A stretch of DNA of 64,000 nt from Pseudomonadota bacterium. GTDB lineage: Bacteria; Pseudomonadota; Alphaproteobacteria; Rhizobiales; Xanthobacteraceae. Position 1 is the stretch's first letter, and every line of letters begins with the position of its first letter. The notes beneath the pieces were generated by a model. The model did not search any database and was not told the DNA's origin. It saw nothing but the letters and a program-made list of their open reading frames with translations. The stretch is taken from NCBI GenBank assembly GCA_040755535.1, contig JBFMAV010000012.1, positions 15,002 to 79,001 of the forward strand, read 5' to 3'. The translations under genes and the position numbers were made by a program. Shown one piece after another: positions 58,419-64,000 of this stretch.

Positions 58419-58778
58419 ATGTTGTTACGTATTCTTACTGTTTCTGTCATTGCCTTTACTGTGGCCGGCTGCGTTCCGGAGAAGATGACCAAGCCGGGCG
58501 CGTCGCAGGCGGACTATGACGCCGCGCGCACGCGCTGCGAGGCGCAGGCCTGGGCGCAGCTGCCGGCGGCGCCGAGCACCTATCAGGTCGCCCCGGCCTA
58601 CACCTCCAGCACCGGGCATAATTGCGTGAAGAACGATCACGGCAGCTACGACTGCAATCCGCGCCAGGAATGGCACCCGCCGGTCTATGGCACCAAGGAC
58701 GCCAACGCCCCGGGCCGCGAGACCATCGTGCGCGCCTGCCTGATGCAGGACGGCTGGACACCCGCCAGCGGCGGCTGA
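58419..58778 (+). CDS. small Cys-containing lipoprotein, hypothetical
   Basis: ATG 58419. The sequence MLLRILTVSVIAFTVAGCVPE carries lipobox VAGC. The mature part has four further Cys residues. 119 aa. Confidence 0.65.
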   Translation: MLLRILTVSVIAFTVAGCVPEKMTKPGASQADYDAARTRCEAQAWAQLPAAPSTYQVAPAYTSSTGHNCVKNDHGSYDCNPRQEWHPPVYGTKDANAPGRETIVRACLMQDGWTPASGG

Positions 58779-58969
58779 CGTCCTCGCGCCGCAATGGGAG
58801 CGGATGAAAAGACCGCGCGGCGGCGCCGAGAGTGGCGCGGAGGTCCTGTTTTATGAGATACGCGCACGGGACCGTCGGAGCGTGAACGCTTCGTCAAGGG
58901 GTCGGCGGGTATCGCAGAAGGGAACCGAAAGGGTGCACAGCGCCCTTTCGGGCGGCGGGGAACAGGTGG

Positions 58970-60397
58970 ATGACGGACGGGACAGCAGGGCGCGGGCGTT
59001 CGGATATCCGACGCATCATCGTGGACTGCACGCACATCGCCCCGCATCCCGCCCATACCGGCATTCCCCGGGTCGTGGAGAAATACATCACCTATGGCCG
59101 GCCCGCTGCGGCGCGCGCGGGCGTGGAATTGGTGCTCGCGGAATGCGTGGGTGCCGCGCTGCACGCTTATGAGCCGGACATGGTGCGTGCGCGGGCCAGC
59201 CGAAAGCGCGGGCTTGGCGCCAAGATCGCCTTGGAAAGCGGTCGCTATGCGACACGCATCCTCTCGGCGCTGGCGCAGCTGTCCGCCGCCCTTGTGCCGG
59301 CCCGCAGGATGCGCACCGCCATGGCCTCGGTCGCCGCCGCCTGCGAGGAGATTGTGCCCGCCTTGCGCCGCAGGACCGACCATGCCCCCATGCTGGGCAC
59401 ACGCCTGGAGGTGGGGCCGAGCGACGTGGTGTTCTGCCCGGGCTACTGGCACGAACTGGACATGAGCGCCTATGAGGCGGCGAAGGCGCGCGGCGCGGAC
59501 ATCGTGTTCCTGATCCACGACATCCTGCCCATCACACTGCCCCAGCATTATGTCTATCCCTGGCGGCAGGAATTCGCGGATCGCCTGACGCGCTCCTTTG
59601 CCAGCGTTTCCCATTATTATTGCATCTCCCGCCAGACCTGCGCCGAGGTGAAGGCCTTCGGTGCCTGGCAGGACATCGAGGTGTCCGCGAGCGTCGCCTA
59701 TAACGGCTTCGACCCGGCGGATGCGGCGGCACCGCCGGACACAAGCGTTTCGCCCGCGCTCGACGCCGTTCTGGCGCGCGCGCCTTGGCTGATGGTGGGC
59801 ACGCTGGAGCCCAAGAAGGGGCATGCCGATGCCATCGCCGTGTTCGAGCATCTGTGGTCGCGCGGCTATGAACGGCCCCTGCTGATCATTGGCCGGCGCG
59901 GCTGGATGAGCGAGCCGGTGCGCGACGCCATCGCCCGCTCGCCGTGGAAGGACCGGCGCCTGTTCTGGTTCGAGGGCCTTGAGGATGTCGACGTGAACTG
60001 CGCTTATTCGCGCGCCTATGGCTTTCTCTTTCCCTCCCTTGCCGAGGGATTCGGCCTGCCCATTCTGGAAGCCGCCGGGCGTGGTCTGCTGGTCCTGGCG
60101 CGCGACATGCCGGTGGCGCGGGAGATTCTGGGCGAGGCCGCTCTCTATTTCGCCGACCGGCGTGACCTTGCCGCGCGCCTGCTGGAGCTGGAGGCGCCCG
60201 CGGCCCACGCCGCCGCCGCGTCCGGTCAGGCGGGCCTTGCCTGGTATCTCTGGCCGAGCGTGGTGGAGGCGGTGGTGAGCGATCTGCTTCGGCCGCCGGG
60301 AGATCGGCGTGCCGACCTCATGTCCGCCCTGGAGCGCGTGCCGGTGTCGGCCGCTTCCGAGGGGATGGCGGCGCGGGCCGGGCGGCAGTCGGCATGA
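58970..60397 (+). CDS. glycosyltransferase family 4 (GT-B), paralog A
   Basis: 475 aa. The N-domain has TGIPRVV and HDILPITLPQHYVYPWR. The C-domain has LEPKKGHAD and EGFGLPILEAA (the E-x7-E region). Confidence 0.85.
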   Translation: MTDGTAGRGRSDIRRIIVDCTHIAPHPAHTGIPRVVEKYITYGRPAAARAGVELVLAECVGAALHAYEPDMVRARASRKRGLGAKIALESGRYATRILSALAQLSAALVPARRMRTAMASVAAACEEIVPALRRRTDHAPMLGTRLEVGPSDVVFCPGYWHELDMSAYEAAKARGADIVFLIHDILPITLPQHYVYPWRQEFADRLTRSFASVSHYYCISRQTCAEVKAFGAWQDIEVSASVAYNGFDPADAAAPPDTSVSPALDAVLARAPWLMVGTLEPKKGHADAIAVFEHLWSRGYERPLLIIGRRGWMSEPVRDAIARSPWKDRRLFWFEGLEDVDVNCAYSRAYGFLFPSLAEGFGLPILEAAGRGLLVLARDMPVAREILGEAALYFADRRDLAARLLELEAPAAHAAAASGQAGLAWYLWPSVVEAVVSDLLRPPGDRRADLMSALERVPVSAASEGMAARAGRQSA

Positions 60398-61815
60398 CCA
60401 GACCCGTACGCCGCATCCTGATCGACTGTTCCCGCACTCCGCTGGACGAGCGCCCGACGGGCATTCCCCGCGTGGTCCGGCAATATCTCGCCTATGCCCC
60501 GGCCGCTGCGGCGCGGGCCGGCGTGGATCTGGTCGCGGTGGATTATGTGCGCGAGGGGATATTCGCCCGCTATCGCGGCCCCGGCGCCCCGCCCGCCCCG
60601 CCCGCCCCCCGGCGCCGGCGGGATCTGCGGCTCATTCCGCTGAAACTGCTCATTGAGCTGCTGCGCTATGTGGGGCCGGTGCTTCAGAACAGCCTCAATC
60701 TCCTCGCCGCCTTGCTGCCGATCAAGCCGGTGCGCAAGGTGCTGCACCGTTTCTCCAATTCAGTGGGCAAGTTCGTGCCCAAGCTGAAGCGGCTGTTCGG
60801 CATGGGCAGTCCCGTTGCTGAGCCCGTCACCTTCGGCCCCGGCGACGTGCTGTTCGTGCCGGGCTGCTGGTTCAACATGGAGATCTCCGCCTATGAGGCG
60901 GTGCGGGCGACGGGGGCCGAAGTGGTGGTGCTGGTGCATGACGTGATGCCCATCACCCTGCCCCAGCTTCATGAATATCCCTGGCGCTTCGAGTTCAAGC
61001 AGCGGTTCGCGCGTCTGTTGCCTTGCCTGGGCCATGTCTATGGCATCTCGCACCAGACGCTCGCCGACGTCACCGCCTTCGCCGCGGCGCAGGGCGCGCG
61101 GGTGACGGCGGCGGTCGCCTATAACGGTTTCACGCCCCCCGCGATCGCGGCGGACGCCTCGGCTCTGACGCCGGAGGTGCGGCGCATGCTGCACCGCGCG
61201 CCTTATGTGATGGTGGGCACCGTGGAGCCCAAGAAGGGACACGCGGACGTGGTGGCCGCCTTCGAGCAGTTATGGGCGCAGGGCTATGATCGTCCGCTGC
61301 TGATCGTCGGCCGGCGTGGCTGGCACATCGAGGAGGCGGCGGAACGCATCTTCGCATCGCCCTGGCGCGACACCCATCTGTTCTGGGAGACCGAGGCCGA
61401 CGACGCGGGCCTGGAGGCCTGCTATCGCGCCGCCTGCGGCTTCATCTCCGCCTCGCACCAGGAAGGCTTCGGTCTGCCGGGTCTGGAGGCGGCGGCGCGC
61501 GGCCTGCCGGTCGTGCTGCGCGACCTGCCGGTGTTTCGCGAGGTGATGGGCGGCGCCGCGCGTTATTTCCGCACGCCCGAGGACCTGGCCGCCCTGCTCC
61601 TCCAGCTGGACGCGCCGGGCGCCCTGGCCCAGGCACGCGCCGCCATCGAAGGGCTGACCTGGTATCCCTGGGACGTTGTGGTGGAGGCGGTGGTGCGCGA
61701 TCTGGTCCGCCCGCCGTCCGAACGCCATTCGGGCCTCTCCCTGCTGGCGGAGGCGGACCGCCGCCCGGTGGGCGCCTGCCCGCCCGCCGCGCTCCAGATG
61801 CACGCAGTGGTCTAG
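60394..61815 (+). CDS. glycosyltransferase family 4 (GT-B), paralog B
   Basis: 473 aa. Its ATG overlaps the upstream stop (ATGA). It shows the same blocks: TGIPRVV, HDVMPITLPQLHEYPWR, VEPKKGHAD and EGFGLPGLEAA. Confidence 0.85.
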   Translation: MTRPVRRILIDCSRTPLDERPTGIPRVVRQYLAYAPAAAARAGVDLVAVDYVREGIFARYRGPGAPPAPPAPRRRRDLRLIPLKLLIELLRYVGPVLQNSLNLLAALLPIKPVRKVLHRFSNSVGKFVPKLKRLFGMGSPVAEPVTFGPGDVLFVPGCWFNMEISAYEAVRATGAEVVVLVHDVMPITLPQLHEYPWRFEFKQRFARLLPCLGHVYGISHQTLADVTAFAAAQGARVTAAVAYNGFTPPAIAADASALTPEVRRMLHRAPYVMVGTVEPKKGHADVVAAFEQLWAQGYDRPLLIVGRRGWHIEEAAERIFASPWRDTHLFWETEADDAGLEACYRAACGFISASHQEGFGLPGLEAAARGLPVVLRDLPVFREVMGGAARYFRTPEDLAALLLQLDAPGALAQARAAIEGLTWYPWDVVVEAVVRDLVRPPSERHSGLSLLAEADRRPVGACPPAALQMHAVV

Positions 61816-62007
61816 TCACAACCCGGATGCACGAAAAAGATGCTTCAATAGGAGCGTCGTGAGCGGCTGAACGCCCTCCCTTCCATACCAAACGTCATCG
61901 GAAGAAGAGCGCCCGCTGGTCGCCTTCCTAAGCCCCTTAAAACGTGGGGTCGGGCGCGCCCCGCGCAAAAAAGAGGCCGGTGAGGGGTCGGAGAGCCGTC
62001 ATCCGGC

Positions 62008-64000
62008 TCAAGCCCCCTCCCACGCCGCCCGCAGCGCCTCTGGCTCGGTCACCGGCAAGGAACAGCGCCCTTCGCGGCAGACGAAGGCCGCCCCGCCCTC
62101 CGGGGCGGCCTCCGCCTGGGCGCGGGCCAGGCTGTTTGCCGGCACATCATCCGCCGTCCCCGCGCGCACCACCACCCGGTCGAGGAAGGGCAGCGCGAGC
62201 GCGGCGGCGGCGAACCGCTCTGGCTGCGGTCCCACCGCCACGATCTCCACCAGGGCCTGGCGGGTCATGAGCGCATTGAGCGTCGCGCCATGGGCGATGG
62301 CGTTCTTGGCGGCGGCGGGCGAGATGGCGGAAAGGATGCGGTCCGCCCGCGCGCGCAGATCCTCGCGCCCGGTGAGCGCCGCGAGCCGCACCAGGGCATC
62401 GGCCGCGACCGCCTGATAATTGGGAAGCGCCTCATCCATGGTGGAGAGCGGTCGCACCACCAGGGCCTCGGCATCATCGGCAGTGAGATAATAGGCGCCG
62501 CTGTGCGGGTCCGCATAATGGCGCTCCAGCGCCTCCAGGAAGCCTTCCGCCTTGGCCAGATAGCACCGCTCTCCCGTGGCCTCGTGCAGCGCGAGCGCGG
62601 CGCGGGCCATGGCGGCCTGGTCGCTGGCAAGGCCGGGAAACACCTTCTTGCCCGCCCGCCAGGAATGGGCGAGGCGCCCCTCCTGCTCCATCAGGCGGCA
62701 GACGGCGGCAAAGGCGCGTGCGCCCATTCCCACCCAGTCCGGCTCTTCGAGATAGGAGCCCGCGCGGGCGAGCGCCGCGATCATCAGCCCGTTCCAGTCG
62801 GCCAGAATCTTGTCGTCGAGGCCGGGACGCACCCGGCGGGCACGGGCGGCGAGCAGTTTTTCCCGCAGCGCGACGAGGCGCGCCTCGTCCTCAGGCTCCA
62901 CGTCTCCCGCCTTGGTGCGGTTGAGGATGACCGCGCCTTCCCAGTTGCCGCCGTCGCTCACATCATAGAAGCGGCCGAAGAAGGCGGCGTCCGCGGCGCC
63001 CAGTTCCGCCTCGATCTCGCGCTTGGTCCAGACATAGAAGCGTCCCTCGTGGCCTTCGCTGTCGGCATCAAGCGAAGCGGAAAAGGCGCCCTCGCCCGTC
63101 ACCATCTCCCGCTGAAGCCAGCCCACCGTCTCGCACGCCCGCGCCAGGAACAGGGGATCGCCGGTGTCCCCATAGGCGAGCGCCAGCAATTCCAGCAGCT
63201 GTGCATTGTCGTAAAGCATCTTCTCGAAATGCGGCACCAGCCAGACTTCATCCACGCTGTAGCGCGAGAAGCCGCCGCCGAGATGGTCATAGATGCCGCC
63301 CTCGCACATGCGGTTCAGCGTGAAGGCGGCGGTCGCCCGCAAGCCCTCGTCGCCGGTGCGCGCGCCCGTGCGCCACATGAGTTCGAGCAGGCCACACTGG
63401 GGAAATTTCGGCGCGCCGCGCAGGCCGCCATGGGCGCGGTCGAACAAGCCGGCGATCTGGTCGGCCGCCCGGTCGAGATCTTTGAGCGCGATCACCACCT
63501 CGCCCTGCGGGCGGGCGGCCTCTTCCAGGCGGCTGATGAGGGCCTCACGGTTCTGGCGGATTTTGTCCGGGCTCTCGCGATAAACCTCGGCCACCTGCTG
63601 GAGCACCTGGACGAAGCCCGGCCGGCCATAGCTGGCGGTCTTGGGAAAATAGGTGCCGCCCCAGAAGGGGGCGCCCTCGGAATCGAGGAACATGGTGAGC
63701 GGCCAGCCGCCCGCCTCCCCCAGATGATAGAGCGCGCCCATATAGATCTGGTCGACGTCCGGGCGTTCCTCTCGGTCGACCTTGATGTTCACGAACAGTT
63801 CGTTCATGAGGCCGGCGACGAACGGGTCCTCGAAGCTCTCATGGGCCATGACATGGCACCAGTGGCAGGCGGCATAGCCCACGCTGAGCAAAACGGGCTT
63901 GCCCGTGCGGCGGGCCTCGGCGAACGCCTCCGGCCCCCAGGGCCACCAATGGACAGGGTTGTCCTGGTGCTGGAGGAGATAGGGGCTCGTCTCGGCCGAC
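62008..64000 (-). CDS. thioredoxin-domain protein YyaL (DUF255 + six-hairpin glycosidase-like domain); the start lies just beyond the window
   Basis: The frame stays open to the window end. The translation there reads ...[54 protein letters not shown]. The track ORF starts at an internal TTG. Confidence 0.9.
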   Translation of the reverse strand, partial: SAETSPYLLQHQDNPVHWWPWGPEAFAEARRTGKPVLLSVGYAACHWCHVMAHESFEDPFVAGLMNELFVNIKVDREERPDVDQIYMGALYHLGEAGGWPLTMFLDSEGAPFWGGTYFPKTASYGRPGFVQVLQQVAEVYRESPDKIRQNREALISRLEEAARPQGEVVIALKDLDRAADQIAGLFDRAHGGLRGAPKFPQCGLLELMWRTGARTGDEGLRATAAFTLNRMCEGGIYDHLGGGFSRYSVDEVWLVPHFEKMLYDNAQLLELLALAYGDTGDPLFLARACETVGWLQREMVTGEGAFSASLDADSEGHEGRFYVWTKREIEAELGAADAAFFGRFYDVSDGGNWEGAVILNRTKAGDVEPEDEARLVALREKLLAARARRVRPGLDDKILADWNGLMIAALARAGSYLEEPDWVGMGARAFAAVCRLMEQEGRLAHSWRAGKKVFPGLASDQAAMARAALALHEATGERCYLAKAEGFLEALERHYADPHSGAYYLTADDAEALVVRPLSTMDEALPNYQAVAADALVRLAALTGREDLRARADRILSAISPAAAKNAIAHGATLNALMTRQALVEIVAVGPQPERFAAAALALPFLDRVVVRAGTADDVPANSLARAQAEAAPEGGAAFVCREGRCSLPVTEPEALRAAWEGA

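Noticed and set aside
58685-60208. 507-aa minus-strand ORF antisense to the lipoprotein gene and glycosyltransferase A
   Set aside because: Shadow ORF. The plus-strand GT4 motifs are duplicated in the adjacent paralog, which confirms the plus frame.

Overview
High-GC chromosomal segment (roughly two-thirds G+C by eye) from an alphaproteobacterium. Gene content and order look like a Rhizobiales/Xanthobacteraceae-type core genome. I call about 58 protein genes, including the 5'-truncated purA and yyaL at the window edges. I saw no rRNA, tRNA, CRISPR, transposase, integrase or phage genes. Much of the ORF track is antisense shadow ORFs or over-extended N-termini typical of high-GC DNA. The track also renders GTG/TTG starts as M. 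Main points:
1. The hemE / DUF299 (RP001-like) intergenic region (42929-43283) has the hallmarks of a Caulobacter-type chromosomal origin: an AT-rich tract, two perfect TTAA-N7-TTAA CtrA boxes, GANTC sites and DnaA-box-like motifs. Genes diverge from it on both sides.
2. The 'urea carboxylase' operon (ABC transporter, two DUF1989 genes, carboxylase) is preceded by a textbook guanidine-I (ykkC) riboswitch, and that is preceded by a near-consensus sigma-54 promoter.
3. The 25.6-25.9 kb intergenic region holds three tandem modules. Each is a perfect GAAC-N7-GAAC (the alphaproteobacterial LexA-box pattern) followed by a G/C hairpin with a GANTC apex. No gene explains them, and this is my best candidate for something undescribed.
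4. A 648-aa single polypeptide fuses an RsbW-like kinase, a receiver, a PP2C phosphatase and an HPt domain, with no STAS partner gene nearby.
Other content: hemC-hemD-mic60-like-hemY and hemE-hemJ tetrapyrrole genes, three tandem MFS paralogs, two tandem GT4 glycosyltransferase paralogs, regB/regA, rho, and maf-aroE-coaE-dnaQ. All coordinates were counted by hand and may be off by 1-2 nt.
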